Virus record (IMG/VR): IMGVR_UViG_3300044640_002221
Coordinates: 72,924 to 136,923 of that record
From: a virus
Length of the DNA: 64,000 nt
Strand: one strand, 5' to 3'
Shown piece after piece: positions 54,601-63,944 of this stretch. Made by a program: the position numbers and the translations under genes. Under the pieces are notes generated by a model. It did no database searches and was not told the origin of the DNA. It saw nothing but the letters and a program-made list of their open reading frames with translations. Positions within the stretch are counted from its first letter, which is position 1, and each line of letters begins with the position of its first letter.

Positions 54601-57600
54601 ACGGTAATTGGTTCTTCAACTACTGTTGGAGCAACATAAATGCTTGCTTCCCAAACTGCACGGCTGCCAGCTTTTTCTAAGTCACCTTTTACAACATCAA
54701 GATGACACTGTTTAGGACTGCACCAGCATTTAACTTCTACAAAGCCATATTCTTCAACCTTGTTCCATAGTTGAGCTATAGCAGAAAGAAAGTTAACTCT
54801 TGTAGGTTTCTTCCAAACTCTAGCTATATGGAAGTTATTATCTAAACCTCTCAAAACTGTCTGAGCAGCTCTTACTGGCTCAACACCTTGGTAAACTACA
54901 AGATTGTAGTAGTTACCATAAGCAGCCACAGATATAGCTCGGAGAGCTTCCTTGCGGTAGTCATGCTTGAAAGGATTACCTAACAGACTTTCTCTGTCTC
55001 CATCAACTCTTACCTCTTCTGGAGAGTCGTAAGCGTGCTTTTTATTCACAACGCTAACAAGACTCTGAATTAGAGAGTTTTGTTTTGGAGCTTCTTGCAC
55101 TATAGGCTCAGCTACTGCAGGCTCTACCACAACTGGTGTAACAGCCTCAGCGTTTACCTCTGCAACTAACCCTCTTACAAAGCAAAGAGCTTCTTCCCAC
55201 TTAGCTGCGGGTAGAGTTTCTTTAACTTCAACTAACTGTTTTAACACGCTGTGCGCCTCTTCTTTTGTTTCTTCTATTACAACTGATTCTATCTCAACAG
55301 GCTCTTCAAACACAGCAAAGTCAATAGGTTCAATAACTGCTAGAGCTGACTTAAAAGATACAGGAGCTTGCTGCGCTTCTTTCTTCTCTGCAATATCTAC
55401 AGGTAACTCAGCTTCTACTTCACGAGTTGCCACAACTCTTTGAAGAGTAACAAATCTACCTTTAACTAACCGAACATTAGTAAACTCTTCTGCATGAGCA
55501 ATAGATTCTGGTTGCTCTTCATCAATGTTCAAGAATTTAATCCATTCAATTTGGTTATGGAAAGTATAAACACCATATCTACGACCTTCTTCTTCCCACA
55601 CTTCTTCATCCGGTAAGAAGTAACGTTGCGTGCTGGCATCGTCATCCTCTTCTGTTACAAGAATGTCAGCCTCAACCCAGGTAACTGTTTCTTCTACAGT
55701 TTCTACAACTGGCTCAACATTAACTGTTTCTGCTTCTACTTCTACAATGCCTTTAGCAGCCAAAGCTTTGAAGTATTCTAATTGATGGGGTTGGAGTTTA
55801 GAAGGCATAACTTCTCCTGCTGCACGTCTGCCAGAACGTTCTTCAGCTTTTGCACCATATAACAGCCAATCACACTCTTCTATGACTTGATTGAGTTGAT
55901 AGCAGACTAATGACTCCTTAATCATGCTGGGGTTTTCTTTCAAGAATGTCCGAGCCATTTCCATAGCTACTTTGTGTCCTGTAGCTTTTGGATTCTTGTT
56001 ATCTGATAGCACGCCATTAAAGCCTGCAAACTTACCTCGTAGTAGCTCAAAGCTTACTAGAGCCACAGCTAACATCTGTTTGATGTTTTGTGGTACAGCC
56101 ATCTTGGTAGGTACACCATTGCTCAAGATGTGGTCACAGAACTCACCATGCTTCTCTAGGAAGAACAGTTGGTGAGCAGCGAGCATTAACTTTAAGAAGC
56201 CTTCAGATTTATCTCCAGCCATACCAAGAGCTACAATATCTTGGTTAAACTCTTTTAAGTTTGGTCTCGCTACTGTTCTTTCACCTTCTTTCAGACCTTT
56301 GAGGTACTTGCTATAGACAGTCCAGGCAGGGTTACTGAAACCACCTAGAATAATTTCGTACATAGCAGCCGTACCTGGTACTAAGTCAGCATTAGCAGCG
56401 TTGCTCCAATCCCAGCCAGTATTAGTTTTTGGGTCTTTATGGTCTATATCTATTCCTAGTTTTTGAGCAGCTAGAAGAATGTCCACAAAGTGTTCAGACC
56501 ACATAAAGATAGAGTGAGCAATACCTACAGCTTTAGTTTGTACCTCACGAGTCTTTTGGTTAAAGTCTATGTACTTATCTAAAGTCATAGTTACTTTACT
56601 GCTCTTAACAGATTTAGGCGTACCACTCAACGTCAAGGCTACTTTTTCCCAAGGTTTAATGTTGTAGTGATCTGCGGCGTACTGTTCGTTTAGGTTATCT
56701 TTATCTTCGTTTGGCTCGTCTTTTTCATTTGTAAAGACGTTAAACATTGGATAGCCTAACAGCTTACTAAGAAACTCAACATTCTCTTCAAAGCTGGTAG
56801 CTTCAAACTTTCCTTCTAGTTGAACAAAGTAATGTCCATCTCCGTCAAAGTCACCCAAATCCATTGCACAGCTAATAGGGCTTAGTCCTACAGAGTCAGC
56901 ATTAATTTGGTAGAAGTTAGCTAGGTTCTCCTCCTCTTTGATGATTCTCAACTTGAGGATTGGACCATCTGTCAATGGTGCGCGAGAGTTATGGTTAAAT
57001 ACTGTTACTTCACCAGTCTCTATCTTGTCAATCTTGAACCCAGAACGGGCGAGCTTCTGACAAACACTGTTAGGCGCAGAGGAATAAAGAACCCAGATTT
57101 CTCCGGTAGGAATGTTTGGTAAAGCAATACGTTTACCAGTGACGTTACCAGCTGCGCTGATTAGCTGTTTAGTCTTTTTGGAGTCGCATAGTTTGTCAAG
57201 AATACCGCTAACTCTCTTCTCTTCTAGAGTGGTGACAGTCACACCATTAAGGCAAGGAACTAAGATATCTCTGAAGAACTTCTGCGACATATTGTTACTA
57301 GAATCCTCAGTCTTAAGTGCCGCGGTCGCTAGTAGTGCTGGCAACCACAACTTTTTACCAGCTGCATCAAATGCCACATCTCTAAAGCAATGAGCAACCC
57401 TCTTAAACAAGTCTTGCTCATGGTGAGCTAGAGTTACATCAATATCACTAGCGGCTAATAACTCCTTCAAGTAGGCTATGTCAGCGGGTGCTAAAGACAA
57501 GGAGTCTATTTCCTTCTTAGGGTCTTTAAGAGAGATAAACTTAACTACTTTAGAACAACCAAAACTGTCACCAGATGCCATGCCTGCTATTACTAGGGAC

Positions 57601-60600
57601 ATGAACATACTTTCTTTACCAGCATCTAGGAGCTTCTTAGCTGCTTCAAACATTTCTGCTGCTGGATCTCCTGGCATCCTAGAGAATGAACGAACACTGG
57701 AAGCCATGTGGTTTGAGTCTGAGACAGCTTCTGCTACAGTGGAAGACTCGAACAACTCAACGCCATAAACAGGCGCTCCAGGAGCCCCGATGAAGCAGTA
57801 AGAGCGTTGGTAATACTCTACCAAGTCATCTTTACTGACGAATATGATGGCGTTCTGTTTAGGGTTATTAGCATAGTCAAGTGACTCAGCTATAATACCC
57901 ATTGTTTTGCCTTCAGCCTTCAAGCGGTGGTATAGAGCTAGTTCTTCTGCACCCCAGTTACTACTGCTCTTAACGTCAACCCAACCAAACTCTGCTTTTA
58001 CCTTTCTTGGGTAGAGTTCGGTCATGATTCTACCTTGATCGCCACATTGAGCTACGTGCATCCATATAGCACTACCGAAGGTTTCCTCAAAGTAGTTAAT
58101 CATTTCTTGGTACAGCCCAGCAACAACGCTGTAAGACTCAATAACCAAGTAAGGTAAGTTAGCTTTCTCACCAAGAGCAGCATGAATATCTTCTTTGAAC
58201 TCATGAAGCTTCTTAATTGCTTCTGCCTCTGGGTTGCTATAACGTAAGGTATTACCAATGACTTGCAGCCAAGAGTACAACATATCAGACTTGATAGTAT
58301 CTTGTGGTGCTATCAGTTTAATGTCCCCTAAACCTAAAGCTTGAAGGTCAGGGTTCATTGCGTTGTACAGAATCTCATGTTTAGCCTGACCCATCATAGC
58401 TTTGATGATGCCACGTAATTTAGGATTGCGGTGGGTTAGATAATAGTCGTACTCAACAGCCAGTTCTGTTGCTTTACCAACAGTTTGTACTTCAAACCAA
58501 CGAATTTCAGCTAAGTCGGCTTTATCATGCTTATTGAACTCTACAGAACCCCATACCCCTGTTTCTTTAGGAATCCAAGCTAGTTCTGTTCCAAAGAGGA
58601 TTACAGGCTTTTCAGTAAACTTAAGGGTGTGCACTCCCGTAATTTCATCAAAGCTGTATGTAGGTTCAGCGTAGTCACCCAAGCGATGTTCAATTATAGA
58701 TTGTCCCTTGAGAGTCACAGCATCCTTTAACTTCTCACCAGCAGTGTAATCAGCGAAGACTAATCTTTCAGTCTTCATGAAGTAACCAATTGGCTTTTGT
58801 TCTTCTGTACCTAAGAACAATGCCATACCTGGAGGCATAACAAAAGTAGGAGCCATACACTCTTGAACTAACCAGCCTTTCAACAACTTGGTTTGGTTAT
58901 AGTATTTGTACCCAGCTTCTACTTCACCTACTACATGGACTGCTTTAGCCATTGAGAGTGTGGCACGTTTAGCACCCTTAGATGCTTTCAGAGTCAAGGA
59001 GACAACGTAATCAGCGGCTACTTCGGCTTTTAGTCCAGTAGCTAATAGCATCCTAGCAAATAGGTTGGGAGCGCGCTCTTGTGCTAATGCTAGAGACACA
59101 TGGGTGATGCCAGCCAAGAATACTCCTTTGGCAAAGTGGAAGCCTAAAGACCTGTATTTAGGCATAGCTGCGAGCATTGCTGCTTGTTCTACTTCATCTT
59201 CAGAGTCCTTGAGAGTTTTTACTACTTGACCAGTTTTGGTCTTCAGTAGTAGTTTTAGCTCATCAGCAGTGACAGACCTTGGTTCTGTTTCGCCATTAGT
59301 CAACCACATCTTCTTGCTCTTACCCTTCTCAATTTCTCCACGCATTAAGAATGCAGTGCTGTGAGCCAGTCTACCTGTTTGTTCAGGAGTAAACTCAATA
59401 TTAGGGTTGAATGGTCTATGAATCAACACTTTCATGTTGTTTTGTAAACCGTGTAAGAAGCCGCCGTTTTGACCTAGAACTTCGGTCAACGTTAGAGGGA
59501 ACATATCATCCCCTTCTCTTAGGAGCTGAGGGAAGTTAGCAGCTAGACCATCACGAACATTAATCTTGTTATTGCCTAGCATTAACAAGAAGCCGCAGAA
59601 AGCTTGCATAAACTTACCAGTTGATGAGGCTGGTTTGACTCTAGTTACGTGAGGTGTTTTAACCTCTTGTAGTAGGTATTTGTCATCAACTAACACTTCT
59701 TTGCTGGAGATCTTGTGATAGCCACTGACTTCTATAGCTTGCTCAAATGAACGACCTTCTTGGTCATAAGCCCGACCGTCATTGCTGATTAAGATTGCGG
59801 TTGCACCACCAAAGTTGATGTTTAGCTCTTTCTCCTCGGTCATGTGGTAAGACAGAGTAGCGACACTTACTTCGTTATCTTTACTCCATCTAGCAGTTAG
59901 AACAGCAAGAACCTTTTCGACATCTTCAGGAGACCAAGAGTAGTATTGGACTGGGTTTCCATTAGTTCTTCCAAATATGTACTCTAAGGTAATCTTGGAA
60001 GCTTTTAAATCTGAACCACAGTCGTAATACTCTAGTTCTATTGCTTCTTCATCTACTTCTTTAGGAGCTCCCAAAGTATCAAAGGTTAAGTTAACTGCCT
60101 TGTACAAAGCTTCCAGCTCATTGTCTACGTTAGCGGCTACAATAGCTTTTTCTACTTCTGGGGTTTGACCTCTTCTTCTACGGGTAGAAGAAACTTGTTC
60201 AGTAGATGCCACTGGTTGTTCTACAGTCTTCTCAGCCTGAACTTTAGTAACTGGTTTAGTCCCGTTTGTTTCTTTAGTTATGGCTGCTTGAACTTTAAGA
60301 GCTTCTATACCTAATAGAGCGTAAGGACAGAAGTTCAAGATATTCTTACTACCAAGAATGGCATCTCTATCTTCTACTAGAAACACTTCAACCTTGTAGG
60401 GATAGATTCTCCACTGTATACCACCCTTATCCTTCCCTAAAGCTCTATCTTTTTTAAAGGAAGCAACAGTCACTAATGTTTGCTTTTTTCCATCTTTTAG
60501 TATTTCAGCAAGACCTCGTTCTCCTTTGTAGGTGAGAGTAGCTGTAGTTCTTTCAGGTTTTGCGTTACCTTCCCTATCTTTTACTTGACGGAAAGATTTG

Positions 60601-63600
60601 AGATCTACACTTTTACCTGTTTCTATAGCCTCTCTTATTAACTTTCTGCAGTTAACAACTGAGTCAGGTATGGTGTTATTCTTACCAAACCAACCAGCAT
60701 CAAACATATCAAGAATGATCTGTATGCCAGCGGTTGCTACAGCCTTTTCAGCCTTAAAGGTTCTTGAAGCGTACATAACTGGAGTAAACTGTGCCGTGCT
60801 GCCATTCACACAGTATTGAGCTACACAAAGATTGAAGGGTGAGGAGTCATAGGGTAGTTTGTTACCTGGTTCTGTACCACCTGACAACAAGTTATTGTTA
60901 TCTTTGGGATGTACGTCATCCACCCAATAGCTCACAAACTCTGAGTCTATGCAGGGAGAAGGCACGTTCATGGTGCATTTAGCAAACACTCCATCTTCCA
61001 TACGAATGTTAGAGCCAGCTATCACAATCTCATCTGGCTTAGCCTTTTCAGCATCAGACATACCTGTATGCTCAAAAGTAAATAAGCTTGTTAACCCAGG
61101 AACGGGGTAAAGCTCATTAAATGTAGTGCCAGGGTCTAGCATCTTAACTACTTCAGTAACACTAGACTGAGGAGTAGTGGAGATAGTTATCTCTTTGGCT
61201 GGCTTTGTAGCTTGTGTAGACTCAGTAGGGCGTTTACGAGTTTGTGGCACAGTTTGCTGCACAGTTAATAATTCCTCCTGTTTAACAATTGGTTTCTTAA
61301 CCATTCGCACGGTTAAGTTAATTCTGGTACCCTCTTCGATGTTGCCAGCGTAAGAGTGTATGCACTTGCGGTGCTTACCGTAGAACATGAACAAGTCACC
61401 TTTATTAAGAGTGAACTCGGTTACTTTGGCGTTTGGCTGCCAACTGTCTTTAATGTTGAACTTACCAGCAGCTCCTAGTGATAAAGACACAATAGGCGCG
61501 TCCACCTCTTCTGACTGATCAACGTGGTAGTTTAGAGCATTACCTGATTGGTAAACATTAACCAAGCAGCTCTCAGCCACAAACTCACCATCAAAGATAC
61601 CTTTAAAGGTGACATTGACTAGGTGTTCAACCATGTCTTTCAAGAAGGCTGGCATAGCTTTAATAGTTGTATCATCTGGTTGAGTAGTAAGGTACTCTCC
61701 TACTTTCTTGCTCTTGTCCCAAACCCAGTAGTAGTCTCCTAAACAGATGTAGTGATAACCATTGGTTTGGAATGAGGTTTTATTGGTTGCAGGGTTGTTC
61801 AGAAGGTCTACTACTTCACCCCACACTTGGTCATAAGCCTCGTTTATTAGATAGTTGGAGTAATGCTTTAACCCATCTTTGTCTACTAATGCTGTACATA
61901 CTACAGGTTTTTGAGTTGCTGGTTTTATTAACACTTCACTACAGTTGGTGCTACTGTTCGCAAAACCAAATTCTCTTAACAAACTGTCAGCTTCTTCTGA
62001 GAGAGAAGTGTCATAATAAAAACGCAACTCTCTACCTTCGTAATCTTTTAAAAAGAGAGATAACTTCAGGCGTAACTCCGTTTCTATTCCTAGCTCCTGC
62101 CATATCTTAGTGTCTTCAGCCTCACAGGGATAAGTGGTCTCAGAAGACTGAAACTTGTACACTCTCTCCTTACTAGTTTTGGACTCAAGGGGTTCACCAT
62201 CAATTTTGATGATCAGCACATCTTCTAGCTCTTGGACTAGCTCTCCTTTGTAATAATAGCTACAATCAAGAGCTTTCACTTCTAAGCTAATATCAGCTTT
62301 TACTGCTTGCACAGTAGAAGTTGTAGCTAAAGGTAAAAGTCCTCTTCTACTTTGCATGGAATCATCCTCTTTTCTCTCTTCTTTTTTCTTGCGTGGTTCA
62401 CCTAAAGGTTTTACAGACAAATTCTTGTCTAACCACAGCCAGTCAGCATCAGGATGTATTTCAAACTTTAAGGAAAGAAGGTACTCTACTACCCCTTTAA
62501 CAGTGCACTCTGCTTTATTAAACAGAACGTGCTTTCCTCTAGCCTTACCAGCTAGAACTATGTGAAGAGTGGTTTTGTTATTGTCTGTAACAAACAACTG
62601 CTGTGAGTTCTCATTAAAGTTCTCTAGTCTGGTTACACCATTAGAAGGTTTGTTTTCTACTTTGCTCTTCTCTTTTTTCTTGCTGGTAGGCGATTCAAAC
62701 TCTGGTACAACAGTATCTCCGGCTAACCATAGCAATTCAGAAGCATTCGGATTGACTTGAAAGCCAATGCTTAGTAGGTAGTCTGCAGCACCACGAATAG
62801 TGCAAGTTGGGATATGAAAACTTACTTTGTAAGTTCTTACTCCCTTTAAGTGGTTATGGATTGCTTGCCTGTTGTCTTTGTTAATAGACAGCAGCATACC
62901 TTCAATCCATTCAACCTTTTCAAGAGTTACAGGCATTACAGTTTCAGACTTCATAGACATCTCTAGGTCTGCTGTGCCTGTAGCCTCAGCAGTAGCTTTG
63001 TAGTCTGCTACTGTTTCCTCAGCTTGTTGAACATGAGACTCTGGCACAACCCCAGAGTAGAGGTTGACATCAATAGCTTCCCGCAGAGCTTCAAGCTGCT
63101 CCAAGAAAGTATCTACTATTTCTGGTATTTCCGCACTAGCAGAAACACCGGCTTTTTTCTCTTTTCTCTCTTCTTTTTTCTCGACTTTTGCTACCTCCTT
63201 CTCTAATCTTTCCATTAACTTCTCTGCGTGACGGAGTTTCCGCTCTGCTTTTGTTAGCTGTACTGGGCGTGCTGTAGGAGATACAGCTAGAGTTTCTAAC
63301 TGCTCCTCTAGCTGAGTTTTCTTCTTTGACAATTTAGCCAGCACAGGGCGTTGGTCAGGCAGCACCATTGTCTTACGAGCCTTCAACTGCGCTGGGCGAC
63401 GCATAGAAGCAGTGATTGGCTTCTCTATTTGTGTACGACGGTGTAAGCGTACAGCAGGAGCTGTCTTTAGCTGTCCTTGCCCATCTGATAAATGAGCATA
63501 TTTAACAACAGTCTCCACAGACTGCTTGGTTGCCATTACCACTGTTGGTATAGCAGGAACAAAGCGGGTTTGCTTCCGGCAGAGGGCTTGGAACTCAGGA

Positions 63601-63944
63601 GATTTAGCCCAGCCATTCTTAGCTTGGCGTGCACGGCGCACGTTAGCAGCTAGACGGTGTTGAGCCTTGCGGGAGGCTCTTGCAATTTTGTTTCTCATGT
63701 TACGTGAAGGAGCGACCTTCTTAACGCTATTAACTACAACGGACAAAGAAACTAACAACGCAGACAAATTAACATTAGCCATGAGATTGGATTCCTTAAA
63801 AGTGATAAACGATTTGACCAAAGCCTTAATGGAAGTCAGACATGAACCAACAACTGCGGCTGTACTCTTGTAGCTATAGCTGGGTTGGTTAGAGCTAACC
63901 CGTGCTATAGCAGAAGAAGAGTTGGACGGTTGTTGGTCAGCCAT
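51690..63944 (-). CDS. Giant (~4084 aa) multidomain protein: AlkB, two-barrel RNA polymerase, DUF4326, macro, SLOG-like, Pif1/RecD helicase
   Basis: Start MADQQ at 63944 with AGGAGG SD. AlkB LVNVY...YHVD...IVSLSLG...H...RINLTVR (~61300-61600). KLRGIIK (~58410), RAP and GDFDGD (56838-56852). GNPF...CWCSPKQCH (~54690-55060). Macro VQQVNC...GAGLALAI...LGSGLAGG (~53830-54250). Helicase GNAGTGKS, DEVSML, VGDFKQLEPV, AITFHGCQG (~51750-53230). Confidence 0.9.
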   Translation of the reverse strand: MADQQPSNSSSAIARVSSNQPSYSYKSTAAVVGSCLTSIKALVKSFITFKESNLMANVNLSALLVSLSVVVNSVKKVAPSRNMRNKIARASRKAQHRLAANVRRARQAKNGWAKSPEFQALCRKQTRFVPAIPTVVMATKQSVETVVKYAHLSDGQGQLKTAPAVRLHRRTQIEKPITASMRRPAQLKARKTMVLPDQRPVLAKLSKKKTQLEEQLETLAVSPTARPVQLTKAERKLRHAEKLMERLEKEVAKVEKKEERKEKKAGVSASAEIPEIVDTFLEQLEALREAIDVNLYSGVVPESHVQQAEETVADYKATAEATGTADLEMSMKSETVMPVTLEKVEWIEGMLLSINKDNRQAIHNHLKGVRTYKVSFHIPTCTIRGAADYLLSIGFQVNPNASELLWLAGDTVVPEFESPTSKKKEKSKVENKPSNGVTRLENFNENSQQLFVTDNNKTTLHIVLAGKARGKHVLFNKAECTVKGVVEYLLSLKFEIHPDADWLWLDKNLSVKPLGEPRKKKEERKEDDSMQSRRGLLPLATTSTVQAVKADISLEVKALDCSYYYKGELVQELEDVLIIKIDGEPLESKTSKERVYKFQSSETTYPCEAEDTKIWQELGIETELRLKLSLFLKDYEGRELRFYYDTSLSEEADSLLREFGFANSSTNCSEVLIKPATQKPVVCTALVDKDGLKHYSNYLINEAYDQVWGEVVDLLNNPATNKTSFQTNGYHYICLGDYYWVWDKSKKVGEYLTTQPDDTTIKAMPAFLKDMVEHLVNVTFKGIFDGEFVAESCLVNVYQSGNALNYHVDQSEEVDAPIVSLSLGAAGKFNIKDSWQPNAKVTEFTLNKGDLFMFYGKHRKCIHSYAGNIEEGTRINLTVRMVKKPIVKQEELLTVQQTVPQTRKRPTESTQATKPAKEITISTTPQSSVTEVVKMLDPGTTFNELYPVPGLTSLFTFEHTGMSDAEKAKPDEIVIAGSNIRMEDGVFAKCTMNVPSPCIDSEFVSYWVDDVHPKDNNNLLSGGTEPGNKLPYDSSPFNLCVAQYCVNGSTAQFTPVMYASRTFKAEKAVATAGIQIILDMFDAGWFGKNNTIPDSVVNCRKLIREAIETGKSVDLKSFRQVKDREGNAKPERTTATLTYKGERGLAEILKDGKKQTLVTVASFKKDRALGKDKGGIQWRIYPYKVEVFLVEDRDAILGSKNILNFCPYALLGIEALKVQAAITKETNGTKPVTKVQAEKTVEQPVASTEQVSSTRRRRGQTPEVEKAIVAANVDNELEALYKAVNLTFDTLGAPKEVDEEAIELEYYDCGSDLKASKITLEYIFGRTNGNPVQYYSWSPEDVEKVLAVLTARWSKDNEVSVATLSYHMTEEKELNINFGGATAILISNDGRAYDQEGRSFEQAIEVSGYHKISSKEVLVDDKYLLQEVKTPHVTRVKPASSTGKFMQAFCGFLLMLGNNKINVRDGLAANFPQLLREGDDMFPLTLTEVLGQNGGFLHGLQNNMKVLIHRPFNPNIEFTPEQTGRLAHSTAFLMRGEIEKGKSKKMWLTNGETEPRSVTADELKLLLKTKTGQVVKTLKDSEDEVEQAAMLAAMPKYRSLGFHFAKGVFLAGITHVSLALAQERAPNLFARMLLATGLKAEVAADYVVSLTLKASKGAKRATLSMAKAVHVVGEVEAGYKYYNQTKLLKGWLVQECMAPTFVMPPGMALFLGTEEQKPIGYFMKTERLVFADYTAGEKLKDAVTLKGQSIIEHRLGDYAEPTYSFDEITGVHTLKFTEKPVILFGTELAWIPKETGVWGSVEFNKHDKADLAEIRWFEVQTVGKATELAVEYDYYLTHRNPKLRGIIKAMMGQAKHEILYNAMNPDLQALGLGDIKLIAPQDTIKSDMLYSWLQVIGNTLRYSNPEAEAIKKLHEFKEDIHAALGEKANLPYLVIESYSVVAGLYQEMINYFEETFGSAIWMHVAQCGDQGRIMTELYPRKVKAEFGWVDVKSSSNWGAEELALYHRLKAEGKTMGIIAESLDYANNPKQNAIIFVSKDDLVEYYQRSYCFIGAPGAPVYGVELFESSTVAEAVSDSNHMASSVRSFSRMPGDPAAEMFEAAKKLLDAGKESMFMSLVIAGMASGDSFGCSKVVKFISLKDPKKEIDSLSLAPADIAYLKELLAASDIDVTLAHHEQDLFKRVAHCFRDVAFDAAGKKLWLPALLATAALKTEDSSNNMSQKFFRDILVPCLNGVTVTTLEEKRVSGILDKLCDSKKTKQLISAAGNVTGKRIALPNIPTGEIWVLYSSAPNSVCQKLARSGFKIDKIETGEVTVFNHNSRAPLTDGPILKLRIIKEEENLANFYQINADSVGLSPISCAMDLGDFDGDGHYFVQLEGKFEATSFEENVEFLSKLLGYPMFNVFTNEKDEPNEDKDNLNEQYAADHYNIKPWEKVALTLSGTPKSVKSSKVTMTLDKYIDFNQKTREVQTKAVGIAHSIFMWSEHFVDILLAAQKLGIDIDHKDPKTNTGWDWSNAANADLVPGTAAMYEIILGGFSNPAWTVYSKYLKGLKEGERTVARPNLKEFNQDIVALGMAGDKSEGFLKLMLAAHQLFFLEKHGEFCDHILSNGVPTKMAVPQNIKQMLAVALVSFELLRGKFAGFNGVLSDNKNPKATGHKVAMEMARTFLKENPSMIKESLVCYQLNQVIEECDWLLYGAKAEERSGRRAAGEVMPSKLQPHQLEYFKALAAKGIVEVEAETVNVEPVVETVEETVTWVEADILVTEEDDDASTQRYFLPDEEVWEEEGRRYGVYTFHNQIEWIKFLNIDEEQPESIAHAEEFTNVRLVKGRFVTLQRVVATREVEAELPVDIAEKKEAQQAPVSFKSALAVIEPIDFAVFEEPVEIESVVIEETKEEAHSVLKQLVEVKETLPAAKWEEALCFVRGLVAEVNAEAVTPVVVEPAVAEPIVQEAPKQNSLIQSLVSVVNKKHAYDSPEEVRVDGDRESLLGNPFKHDYRKEALRAISVAAYGNYYNLVVYQGVEPVRAAQTVLRGLDNNFHIARVWKKPTRVNFLSAIAQLWNKVEEYGFVEVKCWCSPKQCHLDVVKGDLEKAGSRAVWEASIYVAPTVVEEPITVPELTEAEQNEVDAQEATVVAWDNSLKKPERAKPPATPLSRRSIVLPEVPPVVEEEEKQAPLSIALFTEQKDEQGGIPVINRRPRPNSNGGGIAVETPEANSVAPASEPLAKPQTNLTNILDVTCGVIVQQVNCCNVSGAGLALAIGQKWPLVDKEYKAKEWKLGDVQFVKVADKLYVANVAGQHYYSTRSRQTDFDALAKGLQEVRRFAEEQNLTVYVPHRLGSGLAGGPTEASKTATWTEVQNILAQVIPHAVIVEYKSSESATTVDEQFVAKHPLDGLPSVPGAERNKIKDDAMAAVATQFIGFPAKPGVASSTENYRIAWGARANIGVYTANDVVMVSGSGVFKSSGITEADAAKVFNERYIPLVNKAIAASSKFVVGGCSGVDELLKSYVESKNYSAEWVACSYKGYWLLTPAAPKVTGRARSVVKLDPLAWLTPYIEKLETWTANEVTALVKGLNPEQQQALRLILLGGNYVLTGNAGTGKSHLSSVAVKILKLLGYWIVPVATTGLASMNLQDSQGTINRATGVGKGFDNGAREWSAAQKMVGGVTSDKTKKRFSEVQKGRKYKGVIFLIDEVSMLDTCLGYVISEGLEINQRDEAAANKARKTPIQWLCVGDFKQLEPVGGEMIMNRAVFNHKGEEVIKASLMDKLDMKLINLKQQMRQAEGSEFAQELNLLALGEGHGKHRELENCPLIKGRLKASLDEMPEDALHVFALNDELIEWNRQELTKLKAKGNRSKVYSANISVNDRSYTRASFIENFKPVEENLELVVGAPIRVKQEIKDPSDSNKLPLAAKGSRGVIVALNDDSVDVKLRNGNIIEIGRVDLHAPLDENQIPVGRFNQIPIVLAWAITFHGCQGMTEDKVVAHAYTRKRVRPNDGQTVDVVLNGTEYGAKRPMFQNNAFYVGSSRVRKLEDLYFYTGCDTVDLVTETKEQRNYRASTYRRLMFNSYRTNLHVINWLKEQAVC

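Noticed and set aside
2487-63873. Most plus-strand ORFs in the track (e.g. 2487..2741, 13263..13613, 38632..39042, 54166..54561)
   Set aside because: They lie antisense to well-supported minus-strand genes and have no recognisable motifs. Only 1..1911, 23097..23696 and 46653..47324 were accepted on the plus strand.
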